DNA from: an uncultured Ruminococcus sp.
Lineage (GTDB): Bacteria; Bacillota; Clostridia; Oscillospirales; CAG-272
Assembly (NCBI GenBank): GCA_964621755.1
Contig: CAZUPI010000006.1
Coordinates: 4,024 to 68,023, forward strand
DNA: 64,000 nucleotides
Reading direction: 5' to 3'
Positions within the stretch are counted from its first letter, which is position 1; each line of letters begins with the position of its first letter. Below are positions 28,636 through 39,055 of this stretch, piece after piece. The position numbers and the translations under genes are program-made. The notes below the pieces were generated by a model. The model searched no databases, was not told the origin of the DNA, and saw only the letters and a list, made by a program, of their open reading frames with translations.

Positions 28636-28914
28636 TTCAAAGGAAAACGGCGGGCGATGAGACGCTGTCAAGCCGTTTCGTCATATAAACTGTCGGAAAA
28701 TCGTGTGCGAGCTCGCGGGGGGCCAAGACTCCGGGCCGCAGACAGATAGAAAACGTGTAATATCGAAAAATTTTTGAATTGGATTATTTTATTTCCCATA
28801 ACATGATTGCCATTGACTTATCTTCCGAAATCGTGTATAATAAAATAGTATAGTTATGTAAATCAAAGGGCGGCAATGACCTCCCTTCCGGCGCTGTTTG
28901 CGGCGTCGTAAACG

Positions 28915-30012
28915 GTGCTGCCGGAATTTGCCGCCGGTCAAAAAGCGAAGGATGAGCAATTGGGTCGATTTTTAAAAACGGTTCTTGCTTTAGCGCTCCT
29001 GCTGATGCTGCTTGCCGGATGCGCCCAAAGTCAGGATGAATACCGCGATTTTGTCTTCTTCGGCATGGACACGTACGTCACGATACGACTTGCGCGGACC
29101 GATGGCAGCGGCGGTTTTCTTTCGGAGGAATATTTGACGGAAGTTTCCGCTGACTGCGAAGGAATCGTTGCAGAACTGGAAGCGGTTTTATCCGCGCATG
29201 ATGCGGACAGTGAGCTGTATTCAGTGAACGCAAGCGGCGAATCGGAAATATCGGTAAGCGACACGCTGCGGTCCGCACTGTCCGAAGCGTATCAGGCGGC
29301 GGAATTGACAGGCGGCGCCTATGACTTCACGCTAGGCGGGCTTATTAACCTATGGAATGTCGCGGGCGGCGGTCCGGTTCCTGCACAGGAGGAAATCAAT
29401 GCGGCTCTGGCGCATATCGGCTTTGATAAAATAGAGTTGGATGGAAACACGGTTGTTTGTTCCGATGCCAAAGTACAGTTTGACCTCGGGGGAATCGGAA
29501 AGGGGATTGCGGCGGATGCGTTGATACAGCATCTGCTGTCGACAGACGTGAAATATGGACTTATCTCCGTTGGGGGGAACATTGGCGTTTTCGGAGAAAA
29601 AGCGGATGGTTCTCCATATAAGGTGGGAATCAAGGACCCGAATCACTCGGACGGCGTGATTGGCTATCTCTACCTTGACGAGGGGTTTGTGTCAGTGTCG
29701 GGAGATTACGAGCGGTATTTTATAGAGGATGGGGTGCGGTATCATCACATTCTCGACCCGTGGAGCGGTCAGCCGGCGGAAAGCGGGCTGCATGAAGCCG
29801 CGGTATGCAGTACAAGCGGAGCGATAGCGGACGCCCTGTCGACTGCACTGTTCGTCATGGGTATGGACAAGTCGCTGGCGCTGTACGAGGAGTGCGGTGG
29901 ATTTGAAGCCGTTCTGGTCACGGACGGTGAGGTCTTCCCGACCAGCGGACTGGACGGCGGAAAATTTGAGCTGACGTCGGAAGAATATATCTGCCCTATT
30001 AAGATTAATTAA
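28915..30012 (+). CDS. apbE: FAD:protein FMN transferase (ApbE family) lipoprotein
   Basis: Signal peptide with lipobox LLAGC. Motifs ...FDLGGIGKGIA... and HHILDPWSG are ApbE-like. The more likely start is TTG 28960, after GAAGGATGAG. Confidence 0.85.
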   Translation: MLPEFAAGQKAKDEQLGRFLKTVLALALLLMLLAGCAQSQDEYRDFVFFGMDTYVTIRLARTDGSGGFLSEEYLTEVSADCEGIVAELEAVLSAHDADSELYSVNASGESEISVSDTLRSALSEAYQAAELTGGAYDFTLGGLINLWNVAGGGPVPAQEEINAALAHIGFDKIELDGNTVVCSDAKVQFDLGGIGKGIAADALIQHLLSTDVKYGLISVGGNIGVFGEKADGSPYKVGIKDPNHSDGVIGYLYLDEGFVSVSGDYERYFIEDGVRYHHILDPWSGQPAESGLHEAAVCSTSGAIADALSTALFVMGMDKSLALYEECGGFEAVLVTDGEVFPTSGLDGGKFELTSEEYICPIKIN

Positions 30013-30029
30013 GGATAAAACGCGAAAAA

Positions 30030-31451
30030 ATGGCTGAAAATTATATAGAATCAAAAATTATCGACAAGGAAGTCGGCGGGTATCTTAACTCCGCTGAACG
30101 GGTTGCCAAAATCCACCAAAAAAACGGTCGGACTGGCGTAAACGCCCCAAAATATTTCGTTCAGACGTTCGGCTGTCAGCAGAATGAAGCGGACAGCGAA
30201 AGGCTGGCGGGGCTTTGTACGATGATGGGGTATGCCAAAACAAACGTACCCGAAGAAGCGGAGCTGATACTGGTGAACACCTGCGCGATTCGTGAGCACG
30301 CCGAAAAGAAGGCGTTGTCGATTATCGGGCAGTACAAGCATATCAAGGACGCCAATCCGAATGTAATCATCGGCGTGGGCGGGTGCATGGTCGCGCAGGA
30401 AGCCCGCGCGAACAAGCTGAAAATGAGCTATCCGTACGTCTCGTTCACATTTGACACGGGGGCGATTCACAAGGTCCCGTCTCTCGTACTGGATGCATTG
30501 GACGGCGGCGGACGTAAGTTTGTCATGAGCAGCGAGTGGAAAATTGCCGAGGGTCTGCCGATTGCACGTGAATCCAAGCACATGGCATGGCTGTCCATCA
30601 TGTACGGATGCAACAATTTCTGCTCGTACTGCATTGTACCCTATGTGCGCGGACGAGAGCGCAGTCGTCGTGCAGAGGATATTCTCGAGGAAGCAAAACA
30701 GCTCATCGCAGACGGGGCGAAAGACATTACGCTGCTTGGGCAGAATGTGAACTCATACGCGGGCGGCGATGGGTGCGACATCGCGGAACTTCTGCACCGG
30801 ATTGCCGCACTTGACGGGGACTTCAAGCTGCGGTTTATGACAAGTCACCCGAAAGATGCGTCGGACAGGCTGATTGAAGCCATGGCGACAGAAGAAAAGA
30901 TAGTAAAGCATTTCCACCTTCCTGTGCAGTCCGGTTCGAACGAAATCCTGCGCCGGATGAACCGCAAATACACCGCAGAGGGATATCTGGAAAAGATAGA
31001 AAAGCTGCGGCGCGCGGTACCGGATGTATCGATAACGTCGGACGTCATCGTAGGATTTCCGGGGGAGACAGAGCAGGACTTTGAAGATACGCTCGCAATG
31101 CTGGAAGCGGTGCGGTACGACATGATATTCTCGTTCATCTATTCGCTGAGAAACGGCACGCCGGCGGCGAAAATGGAAAATCAAATCCCGCATGAGGTAT
31201 CAGCGGAGCGGTTCGAGCGGCTGCTTGCGGTACAGAACCGCATCTCAGACGAGCGGAACGAGCGTTTTATCGGACGTCACATGCGCGTGCTTGCGGAGGA
31301 CGTGAGCAAAAACGATGAAACGATGCTGACCGGACGCGGCGACTCGGTTCGTCCCATCCATTTTGCGGGAGAACGCGGTCTTATCGGTCAGTTTGTCAAT
31401 GTAGAGATCACCGGCGCCTCAACCTTCTGTCTCGAAGCACGCATGGTTTGA
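30030..31451 (+). CDS. miaB: tRNA (N6-isopentenyl adenosine(37)-C2)-methylthiotransferase MiaB
   Basis: UPF0004 N-terminal domain (QTFGCQQNEADSE), radical-SAM CNNFCSYC, TRAM C-terminus. Confidence 0.92.
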   Translation: MAENYIESKIIDKEVGGYLNSAERVAKIHQKNGRTGVNAPKYFVQTFGCQQNEADSERLAGLCTMMGYAKTNVPEEAELILVNTCAIREHAEKKALSIIGQYKHIKDANPNVIIGVGGCMVAQEARANKLKMSYPYVSFTFDTGAIHKVPSLVLDALDGGGRKFVMSSEWKIAEGLPIARESKHMAWLSIMYGCNNFCSYCIVPYVRGRERSRRAEDILEEAKQLIADGAKDITLLGQNVNSYAGGDGCDIAELLHRIAALDGDFKLRFMTSHPKDASDRLIEAMATEEKIVKHFHLPVQSGSNEILRRMNRKYTAEGYLEKIEKLRRAVPDVSITSDVIVGFPGETEQDFEDTLAMLEAVRYDMIFSFIYSLRNGTPAAKMENQIPHEVSAERFERLLAVQNRISDERNERFIGRHMRVLAEDVSKNDETMLTGRGDSVRPIHFAGERGLIGQFVNVEITGASTFCLEARMV

Positions 31452-31480
31452 GGCAAACCTATCAATAAACAGAAAATCAT

Positions 31481-31912
31481 ATGCCGAAAGGAATTATAGA
31501 AATGGAAGAAATTCTCACCTCCGAAATGAAAGAGATTATCGCAAAGCTGGGCGAGCTGATCAAAGCGGACAGCCGCTGCCACGCCATCGAAGAAACCATT
31601 GCGGAATACGAGCGTTCGGAAGAACTGAACGGTCTAATCGCGGAATACAACGCACAGCAGAATGCACTGGCCGATGTATTTGGCAAGGAAGAAGAGGACG
31701 AGACCCTGCGCAGCGCAATCCAAACGCGCATTGACGCGCTCTATGATCAAATCACAGAGCATCCGGTTTACGTCGCTTATGTTGACGCAAAGCAGGCGTT
31801 CGACGAGCTGACCAATGAAGTATACGGCGAGCTTCAGTTTGTCATCACAGGCCGCCGTCCCTGCTCCCATGACTGCTCCTCCTGCCACTCCGACTGCGGA
31901 CATGAGCATTGA
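31481..31912 (+). CDS. YlbF/YmcA (RicA-like) family protein with a Cys/His-rich C-terminal tail
   Basis: Helical YmcA-like body. The position between miaB and mutS mirrors the B. subtilis ymcB(miaB)-ymcA ... mutS-mutL neighbourhood. Tail RRPCSHDCSSCHSDCGHEH. Confidence 0.65.
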   Translation: MPKGIIEMEEILTSEMKEIIAKLGELIKADSRCHAIEETIAEYERSEELNGLIAEYNAQQNALADVFGKEEEDETLRSAIQTRIDALYDQITEHPVYVAYVDAKQAFDELTNEVYGELQFVITGRRPCSHDCSSCHSDCGHEH

Positions 31913-31932
31913 TTAATTTGGCGGAAGTTCTT

Positions 31933-31989
31933 GGGGAAAACTTTTTTGAAAAAAAGTTTTCCCCAAACCCCTTTCAAAAAACTTTATAC
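31933..31989 (+). repeat. Intergenic repeat family copy E4 (near-consensus)
   Basis: GGGGAAAACTTTTTTGAAAAAAAGTTTTCCCC plus AAACCCCTTTCAAAAAACTTTATAC. Confidence 0.8.
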
Positions 31990-32005
31990 TAAATAGAGGT
32001 ACGTT

Positions 32006-34597
32006 ATGACTCCAATGATGGAGCAGTATTTTGAAATCAAGAATCAGTATAAGGATTATATTCTTTTTTACAGGCTCGGGGACTTTTATGAAATGTTCTT
32101 CGAGGACGCCCAGCTTGTTTCCGCTGAGCTTGAACTTACTTTAACCGGTCGTGACTGCGGAGAGAATGAACGCGCGCCAATGTGCGGAATTCCGTACCAC
32201 TCGTGTGAGCCATATATCGGTAAGCTCATCGAAAAAGGATATAAGGTCGCGATTTGTGAGCAAACCGAAGACCCAAAAGCTGCAAAAAATATTGTGCGGC
32301 GCGAAGTCATCCGCGTGATTACGCCCGGAACACTCATCGAGACAGACCTGCTCAACGAAAAAGCGAACAACTATCTCGCTACGCTGTATTACGACGGGGA
32401 TTCGGTCGGACTGTGCTTTGCGGACATTTCCACCGCTTATGTGGCTGCGACCTCGTTCCGGGACGGCACATCCGAGGATGCCGTGGTAAACGAGCTGGCA
32501 ACGTATATTCCGCGGGAAATCCTTGTGAATACCTCTGTAAAGTCCCTGCCGCAAGTGGAGGACTTTATCAAAAACCGCACCGAAGCGCTTCTGACCGACG
32601 GTGCGTCGAATTTCTTTGAAACAGACGAGGCAGCAGAGCGCGCGGAAAAGCAATTCGGCGCAGAACAAACCGCCGGCAAACCGCGTGCGGCGCTCATCGC
32701 GACGGGTGCGGCCCTTAAATACATCGCCGTGACGCAAATGAACGACATTTCCTACCTCAAAGACCTGCATTATTACGAGTCCTCTCAGTTTCTGGAAATG
32801 GACACCTCCACACGGCGGAGTCTGGAGCTTTGCGAAACCATGAACTCCGGTGAGAAAAAAGGGTCGCTGCTGTGGGTCCTCGACAAAACGGAAACGTCAA
32901 TGGGCGCGCGGATGCTTCGTCAGATGATTGAGCATCCGCTTACCAACGCTTCACAGATTTACATGCGTCAGCAGGCGGTCGGGGAATTGTGCGACAACTT
33001 CATGCTGCGGGAGGAGCTGCGCAATAAGCTGTCGTCTGTGCTTGACCTCGAACGGCTGATCACAAAAGTCTCCTACGGTACGGCAGGTGGGCGTGACCTG
33101 CGGGCAATTGCGCAGACCGCGGCAGTGATTCCCGAGGTAAAATCGATGCTCGCCGACATCAAAAGCGGCGCGCTGGAGGAAATTTACCGTACGCTTGACC
33201 CGCTGGAGGATGTCTACAGCATGATCGACAAGGCGATTGAGGAAAATCCTCCGTTTATCATTCGTGACGGCGGTATCATCCGCGACGGTTATAACGAGGA
33301 TGTCGACGAGCTGCGGTATATCATGAAAAACGGCAAAGAATGGATTCACGACGCCGAAACCGCGGAGCGTGAGAAAACAGGAATCAAGAATCTGAAAATC
33401 GGCTACAACCGTGTATTCGGTTATTATATAGAAGCGCCGCGTTCTGCCGCGGACAGTGTGCCGGACAATTACGTCCGCAAACAGACCTTATCCGATAAAG
33501 AGCGCTACATCACCGACGAGCTGAAGAACATGGAAGCTACCATTCTCGGTGCAGAAGACAAGGTCAAAGCCCTCGAATACGATATTTTTGTTGAAATACG
33601 GAACGCGGTGGACAACGAATCCCTGCGAATACGGCAGAGCGCCCAGGCGTTAGCGCAGCTCGATGTGTTCGTATCGCTCGCCGAATGCGCCGCCCAAAAC
33701 GCATACGTCTGCCCCACAGTTGACGGAAGCAGCGTAATTGATATCAAAAACGGCCGTCATCCTGTGGTCGAGCGGTTTGTGCGCGACTCGTATTTCGTAC
33801 CAAACGATACATATCTCGACACAAACGACAACTGCCTGATGCTTATTACCGGTCCGAATATGGCGGGAAAATCGACATACATGCGTCAGACCGCGCTGAT
33901 TATTCTAATGGCGCAGATTGGCTCGTTTGTTCCGGCATCCTCCGCAAGGATCGGCATTGTGGACAAGCTGTTCACCCGCGTCGGTGCGTCCGATGATTTG
34001 GCGTCCGGCACGTCGACGTTCATGCTGGAAATGAAGGAAGTGGCGTATATCCTGAACAACGCAACGTCGCGCAGCTTTATCATTTACGACGAAATCGGGC
34101 GCGGCACGTCCACTTACGACGGGATGAGCATCGCCCGCGCGGTTGCGGAATACACGGTCGGGCGGAAAATCGGTGCGAAAACGATGTTCGCCACGCACTA
34201 TCATGAACTGACGTCACTGGAATCCGAGCTGCACGGCGTCGTGAACTACAACATCGCGGCAAAAAAACGCGGTGAGGACGTCACGTTCCTGCGGAAAATC
34301 GTCCCCGGACCGACCGACGACAGCTACGGCATCGAGGTCGCTCGTCTGGCGGGCGTCCCGGGTGAAGTGACCAAACGGGCGCGGGAAATCCTGAAAATGT
34401 TGGAATCCGGCGGAGACGACATAAAAAAAGGCAAAAAAACGAAAAAAGCGGAGGAACAATCCTCTATTTCGATGAACCTCAGCTTTGCCGACGCCGCAGC
34501 GGATGAAATCAAGGAAAAGCTCAAAAACACCGATGTGAACACCCTGACCCCAATAGAAGCCCTGAATCTGATTTTCGAATGGAAAAAAATGCTGTAG
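32006..34597 (+). CDS. mutS: DNA mismatch repair protein MutS
   Basis: MTPMMEQYFEIK...YRLGDFYEMF, Walker A GPNMAGKST, 863 aa. Confidence 0.97.
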   Translation: MTPMMEQYFEIKNQYKDYILFYRLGDFYEMFFEDAQLVSAELELTLTGRDCGENERAPMCGIPYHSCEPYIGKLIEKGYKVAICEQTEDPKAAKNIVRREVIRVITPGTLIETDLLNEKANNYLATLYYDGDSVGLCFADISTAYVAATSFRDGTSEDAVVNELATYIPREILVNTSVKSLPQVEDFIKNRTEALLTDGASNFFETDEAAERAEKQFGAEQTAGKPRAALIATGAALKYIAVTQMNDISYLKDLHYYESSQFLEMDTSTRRSLELCETMNSGEKKGSLLWVLDKTETSMGARMLRQMIEHPLTNASQIYMRQQAVGELCDNFMLREELRNKLSSVLDLERLITKVSYGTAGGRDLRAIAQTAAVIPEVKSMLADIKSGALEEIYRTLDPLEDVYSMIDKAIEENPPFIIRDGGIIRDGYNEDVDELRYIMKNGKEWIHDAETAEREKTGIKNLKIGYNRVFGYYIEAPRSAADSVPDNYVRKQTLSDKERYITDELKNMEATILGAEDKVKALEYDIFVEIRNAVDNESLRIRQSAQALAQLDVFVSLAECAAQNAYVCPTVDGSSVIDIKNGRHPVVERFVRDSYFVPNDTYLDTNDNCLMLITGPNMAGKSTYMRQTALIILMAQIGSFVPASSARIGIVDKLFTRVGASDDLASGTSTFMLEMKEVAYILNNATSRSFIIYDEIGRGTSTYDGMSIARAVAEYTVGRKIGAKTMFATHYHELTSLESELHGVVNYNIAAKKRGEDVTFLRKIVPGPTDDSYGIEVARLAGVPGEVTKRAREILKMLESGGDDIKKGKKTKKAEEQSSISMNLSFADAAADEIKEKLKNTDVNTLTPIEALNLIFEWKKML

Positions 34598-34605
34598 GAT
34601 TTTCA

Positions 34606-36576
34606 ATGGGAAAGATAAATATACTTGGATTTGACGTTGCCAACCTGATTGCGGCGGGCGAAGTCGTAGACCGGCCCTCCTCCGTTGTGAAGGAATTATT
34701 AGAAAATGCGCTCGACGCAGGAAGCACCGTCATTACAATTGAGATTCAGCGCGGCGGCGTGACTTTTATCCGGGTAGCTGACAACGGCTGCGGGATGGAT
34801 ACGGACGATTTGCCGACCTCTATCCTGCGTCACGCCACAAGCAAAATCAAAACTGCCGACGACCTTACCGATATTACAACCCTCGGATTCCGTGGGGAAG
34901 CTCTTGCCGCTATTGCATCGGTATCAAAGCTGCGGATTTTTTCGAAAGTCCGCGAAAATCCCTTCGGCGCGCTGCTTGAATCCAACGGCGGCGAAATCGT
35001 AAGCCTCACCGAAACCGGGTGCGCCGACGGCACCACCATCATTGTCGAGGATCTGTTCTTCAACGTCCCGGCAAGGCGGAAATTTCTAAAAAAAGACTCC
35101 ACAGAAGCCATCGCGGTAAGCGCAGTCGTCGAAAAAATCGCGCTGTCCCGACCGGATGTTTCCATCAAATACATAAGCGACGGCGAAATCAAGTTCATGA
35201 CCGCCGGAAACGGGGCCTTGTCAGACACAATCTGGGCGTTATTCGGGCGGGAGACTGCCAAACGGTTCCTGAAAGTCGACCGGGAGGAGAACGGGATTCA
35301 CGTGACCGGATACGTTTCCGAACCGGATATGTGCCGTTCCAACCGAAACATGCAGAATTTCTTTATTAACGGCCGTTTCGTCAAAAGCAAGACTGCGTCC
35401 GCCGCGCTGGAGCAGGCGTATACTTCCAAAATCCCGGTAGACAAGTTTCCGTCGTGCGTACTAAACATCGAGCTGAATCCGGCGGCGGTCGACGTGAATG
35501 TGCATCCGGCGAAGCTCGAGGTAAAGTTTGCAAACGAAAAACTGATTTTCGACGCGGTTTATTATGCCGCTCTGTCCGCACTGGAAGCTGAGGCAAATCG
35601 TCCCGAATTGCAGGTCGGGAGACCCTTGGGCGGCACTGCGTCCCCACAGACGGCTCAGCAAAAGCCGCGGGTCTCCGGCATGACCGCAAAAGAACTGCAA
35701 AACGCCTTTGTGCCGCTGGATAAGAAAAAGCTGAACCTCGGCTCGCGGCAAATCGGATTCGACAACGTGCAAAAAACGGTTTCACAGGCCGCGTCCGCCG
35801 TACAGAAGGAGCCGCCGCGTCCGAAAACGGAGGACGGCGCTGACGTATCGTATCTTGAAATGATGCGTATGCACCGCGAAGCCATCGACAAGGCAAACGA
35901 GAGCATACCCGCGCCGGTCAAACTGCCGATACCGGAAACCGCATCGGAAATCTCCCCCGACGAGATTCCGGAATACATCATCCTTGGAGAAGCGTACAAC
36001 TGCTACGTTATCGTGCAGCTTGAAGACAGGCTTCTCATGATTGACAAGCACGCGGCGCACGAACGCATCCTCTTCGACGAGCTGTGCCGCAAAATGAAGC
36101 GTGCGGAGAAAAACGGTCAGCTGCTGCTCGCACCGTATGAGATAACCCTCTCCAACGCGGAAGCAAACGCACTGTCCGAGTACGAGGACAAAATCCAAGC
36201 GATGGGTTTTGCCTATACAATAACGCAGCAAAGCGCGGCGTCGCAGAAGGCCTCCATCACACAAATTCCGGGAGAGCTGTCCATCGATGAGGCGGCGGTC
36301 CTGTTCACCACGCTGGTCTCGCGGCTGTCAGACATCACAGCGAGCGTAGAATCCGCGTCGGCAGAATTTTTTGAATCCAGACTGTGGCAGGCGTCGTGCA
36401 AAGCGGCCATCAAAGGCGGCAGAATCTACGATATGGCGCACATCAAATGGATATGCGACCGCTTGCTCGTCAAGCCGAACGGCACAAAATCCGTCATCCG
36501 TACCTGCCCGCACGGCCGCCCTGTGGCTTTCGAAATCAAAAAATCCTCCATCGAACGCCAGTTCGGGAGGAGTTAA
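34606..36576 (+). CDS. mutL: DNA mismatch repair protein MutL
   Basis: IAAGEVVDRPSSVVKELLENALDAG GHKL N-terminus. Start ATG 34606 lies 9 nt after the mutS stop. Confidence 0.95.
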   Translation: MGKINILGFDVANLIAAGEVVDRPSSVVKELLENALDAGSTVITIEIQRGGVTFIRVADNGCGMDTDDLPTSILRHATSKIKTADDLTDITTLGFRGEALAAIASVSKLRIFSKVRENPFGALLESNGGEIVSLTETGCADGTTIIVEDLFFNVPARRKFLKKDSTEAIAVSAVVEKIALSRPDVSIKYISDGEIKFMTAGNGALSDTIWALFGRETAKRFLKVDREENGIHVTGYVSEPDMCRSNRNMQNFFINGRFVKSKTASAALEQAYTSKIPVDKFPSCVLNIELNPAAVDVNVHPAKLEVKFANEKLIFDAVYYAALSALEAEANRPELQVGRPLGGTASPQTAQQKPRVSGMTAKELQNAFVPLDKKKLNLGSRQIGFDNVQKTVSQAASAVQKEPPRPKTEDGADVSYLEMMRMHREAIDKANESIPAPVKLPIPETASEISPDEIPEYIILGEAYNCYVIVQLEDRLLMIDKHAAHERILFDELCRKMKRAEKNGQLLLAPYEITLSNAEANALSEYEDKIQAMGFAYTITQQSAASQKASITQIPGELSIDEAAVLFTTLVSRLSDITASVESASAEFFESRLWQASCKAAIKGGRIYDMAHIKWICDRLLVKPNGTKSVIRTCPHGRPVAFEIKKSSIERQFGRS

Positions 36577-36654
36577 TGTTCAAAAAATTTTAATCTAATT
36601 TAGAAAGATAGCGTTTGGTGCAAAATTACAGTATGCCAGCTTAGGAGAATCAAA

Positions 36655-37797
36655 ATGTTTATGCTTATAAAAACTGATGAGCGCAGTTGTGCGCGGCGCG
36701 GGAGGCTGATTACACCGCATGGTGAAATCGAAACGCCCGTGTTTATGAATGTGGCGACCTGCGCCGCGATTAAAGGCGGGCTTTCCGCCTTCGACCTGAT
36801 GGACTTGGGCTGCCAGGTTATGCTTTCAAATACGTATCATCTGCACATCCGTCCGGGCGACAGACTTGTGCATGACCTCGGAGGACTGCAAAAGTTCACC
36901 GGCTGGGATAAGCCCACGCTGACCGACAGCGGCGGATTTCAGGTGTTCTCCCTCGCGAGCCTGCGCAAAATTAAAGAAGAAGGCGTGTATTTTGCGTCTC
37001 ATATCGACGGCAAGCGGATTTTCATGGGACCTGAGGATAGCATGAGAATTCAGTCCAACCTAGGCTCCACCATCGCAATGGCGTTCGACGAATGCATTGA
37101 AAATCCAGCTGAGTATAACTATGTACGCAACTCCTGCGACCGCACCGCGCGCTGGCTCCGCCGCTGCAAGGAGGAGCTGTACCGTCTGTCGCAGCTTGAG
37201 GAGACCATCAACCCCGGTCAGCTTCTGTTTGGCATCAACCAAGGAAGCACCTATGCCGATTTGCGTATCCGCCATATGGAGCAGATTCGCGAGCTGGATA
37301 CCCCCGGCTACGCCATCGGCGGTCTTGCAGTCGGTGAGGAAACCGAAGAAATGTACCGCATTATCGAAACCGTGGAGCCGTATATGCCCAAGGACAAGCC
37401 GCGGTACTTGATGGGCGTCGGCACGCCGGTCAACATTGTGGAAGGCGTACACCGCGGCATTGACTTTTTCGACTGCGTAATGCCCTCGAGAAATGCGCGT
37501 CACGGCAACCTGTTTACGTGGAACGGCAAGATGAACCTGCTCAACGAAAAGTACCTGAACGACCCGCGTCCGATTGACGAAAACTGCGGCTGTCCGGCAT
37601 GTCGTCATCACTCCCGTGCGTACATCCGTCACCTCATCAAGGCAAAAGAAGCGCTGGGAATGCGGCTGGCGGTTATGCACAACCTGTACTTTTACAACGA
37701 CTTGACAAGAAAAATTCGCGAAGCGCTGGACGGCGGGTACTACGAGAGCTTTTACCAGAAGTACCGCATCGTACTGGGAGAGAGAAATCCGGATTAA
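36655..37797 (+). CDS. tgt: Queuine tRNA-ribosyltransferase (tRNA-guanine transglycosylase)
   Basis: ARRGRLITPHGEIETPVFM, LTDSGGFQV, zinc site CGCPAC...H. Confidence 0.95.
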   Translation: MFMLIKTDERSCARRGRLITPHGEIETPVFMNVATCAAIKGGLSAFDLMDLGCQVMLSNTYHLHIRPGDRLVHDLGGLQKFTGWDKPTLTDSGGFQVFSLASLRKIKEEGVYFASHIDGKRIFMGPEDSMRIQSNLGSTIAMAFDECIENPAEYNYVRNSCDRTARWLRRCKEELYRLSQLEETINPGQLLFGINQGSTYADLRIRHMEQIRELDTPGYAIGGLAVGEETEEMYRIIETVEPYMPKDKPRYLMGVGTPVNIVEGVHRGIDFFDCVMPSRNARHGNLFTWNGKMNLLNEKYLNDPRPIDENCGCPACRHHSRAYIRHLIKAKEALGMRLAVMHNLYFYNDLTRKIREALDGGYYESFYQKYRIVLGERNPD

Positions 37798-37818
37798 GGG
37801 ATTTTTGCTTAATAAATC

Positions 37819-38721
37819 ATGATTTATCTTGAAAATAACGTCATCGACGCCGCCTATTCCCTCGCGGTCGAGGAATTTATGCTCAATTACCGCACGTCCG
37901 GCGAATACCTCATGCTCTGGAGAAGCGCGCCGACCGTGGTCATCGGAAAATTCCAGAATGCGTACGGAGAAGTGTCGACGGCGGAGACCGCGCGTCGCGG
38001 AATCGCCCTCGTCAGACGAAACAGCGGCGGCGGTACGGTTTATCACGATACGGGAAACCTCAACTTCACCATGTTCGCAGACCGCGGTGACAGCGCGCCC
38101 GATTACGAACGCTTTCTCACTCCCGTCGTGGCCGCGCTGCGTGAGCTTGGCGTTCCGGCAAGGATAGGGGATTCCTTCGACATTACGGTGGATGGGAAAA
38201 AAGTCAGCGGGAACGCACAGTCGGTGGTAAAAAACCGCGTCATGCACCACGGGACCCTGCTGTTTGACTCCGATTTGACCGTACTTCATGAAGTCACCGG
38301 ACACGCAAGCGAGTCGGTAAAATCAAAGGCGATTCGAAGCAATCCGTCCCCTGTATGCAATATCCGCCCGTTTTTGGTGCGCGATATGGAGATTGCGGAG
38401 TTTACGGAGTTCTTGAAAACCGCGCTGTGCGGCAAAGCTCCGGAAGTCCTGCGATTGAGTGAGGAGGAAATTATCGAAATCACACGCTTAGCTGACGAAA
38501 AATACCGCGCATGGGATTGGAATTATGGAAAATCGCCCGCCTTTACGAAGGATTGCGGCGCGTTTTCCGTAGACGTAAAATCCGGCGTGATTCTCGCGGT
38601 TCACGGAGATGACGCGTTGGCGGAAGCGTTGGTTGGTGCGCGGATGCACCCCGAAGAGGTGCGGTCCCGTCTGGATGGAAGAGATGCGCATAAGGAAGAG
38701 ATTGTCAATATTTTATTTTAA
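37819..38721 (+). CDS. Lipoate-protein ligase family protein (LplA/LplJ/LipM/LipL superfamily), copy 1, 300 aa
   Basis: VRRNSGGGTVYHDTGNLNF and DGKKVSGNAQ (catalytic Lys) motifs. The C-terminal accessory domain is short. Confidence 0.8.
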   Translation: MIYLENNVIDAAYSLAVEEFMLNYRTSGEYLMLWRSAPTVVIGKFQNAYGEVSTAETARRGIALVRRNSGGGTVYHDTGNLNFTMFADRGDSAPDYERFLTPVVAALRELGVPARIGDSFDITVDGKKVSGNAQSVVKNRVMHHGTLLFDSDLTVLHEVTGHASESVKSKAIRSNPSPVCNIRPFLVRDMEIAEFTEFLKTALCGKAPEVLRLSEEEIIEITRLADEKYRAWDWNYGKSPAFTKDCGAFSVDVKSGVILAVHGDDALAEALVGARMHPEEVRSRLDGRDAHKEEIVNILF

Positions 38722-38798
38722 ATTCAAGCCATTCCAGCGTACCTGTTTTCTTACGCATATTTTTAATACAATATTTTTATCAGGGAAAGGTCATATGT

Positions 38799-39041
38799 AT
38801 GAAAATCGAAATTAAAATGCCCGCTCTCCGTCCGGAGATGAAAAGCGGTGTACTGTGTCAGTGGAACGTCAGCGAAGGGGATACCATTAAGTCCGGCGAG
38901 GTTCTGTTTGAAGTAGAGACAGACAAAGTCGTAAGCGAGGTTGAGGCGGCGGCGGATATGAAAATCGTCGAGCTGAAAGCAGAGGATGGCGATGAGGTAG
39001 CCTGCGGCACGGTGATTGCAGTCGCTGAGGTGGACGAATAA
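38799..39041 (+). CDS. Free-standing E2-type lipoyl (biotinyl/lipoyl attachment) domain protein, 80 aa
   Basis: MKIEIKMPAL...GEVLFEVETDKVVSEVEA...GTVIAVAEV matches lipoyl domains of 2-oxoacid dehydrogenase E2 subunits, with the ETDK lipoyl-lysine. No catalytic E2 core follows. Confidence 0.8.
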   Translation: MKIEIKMPALRPEMKSGVLCQWNVSEGDTIKSGEVLFEVETDKVVSEVEAAADMKIVELKAEDGDEVACGTVIAVAEVDE

Positions 39042-39055
39042 AGATAAAATCAAAG

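Noticed and set aside
28636-28800. Structured-looking GC-rich patch (AAACGGC...GCCGTTT hairpin, GCGAGCTCGC palindrome) downstream of tRNA copy 2.
   Set aside because: The stems are short and there is no repeat-family similarity, no ORF over 25 codons and no recognisable motif. The evidence is insufficient to call a feature.
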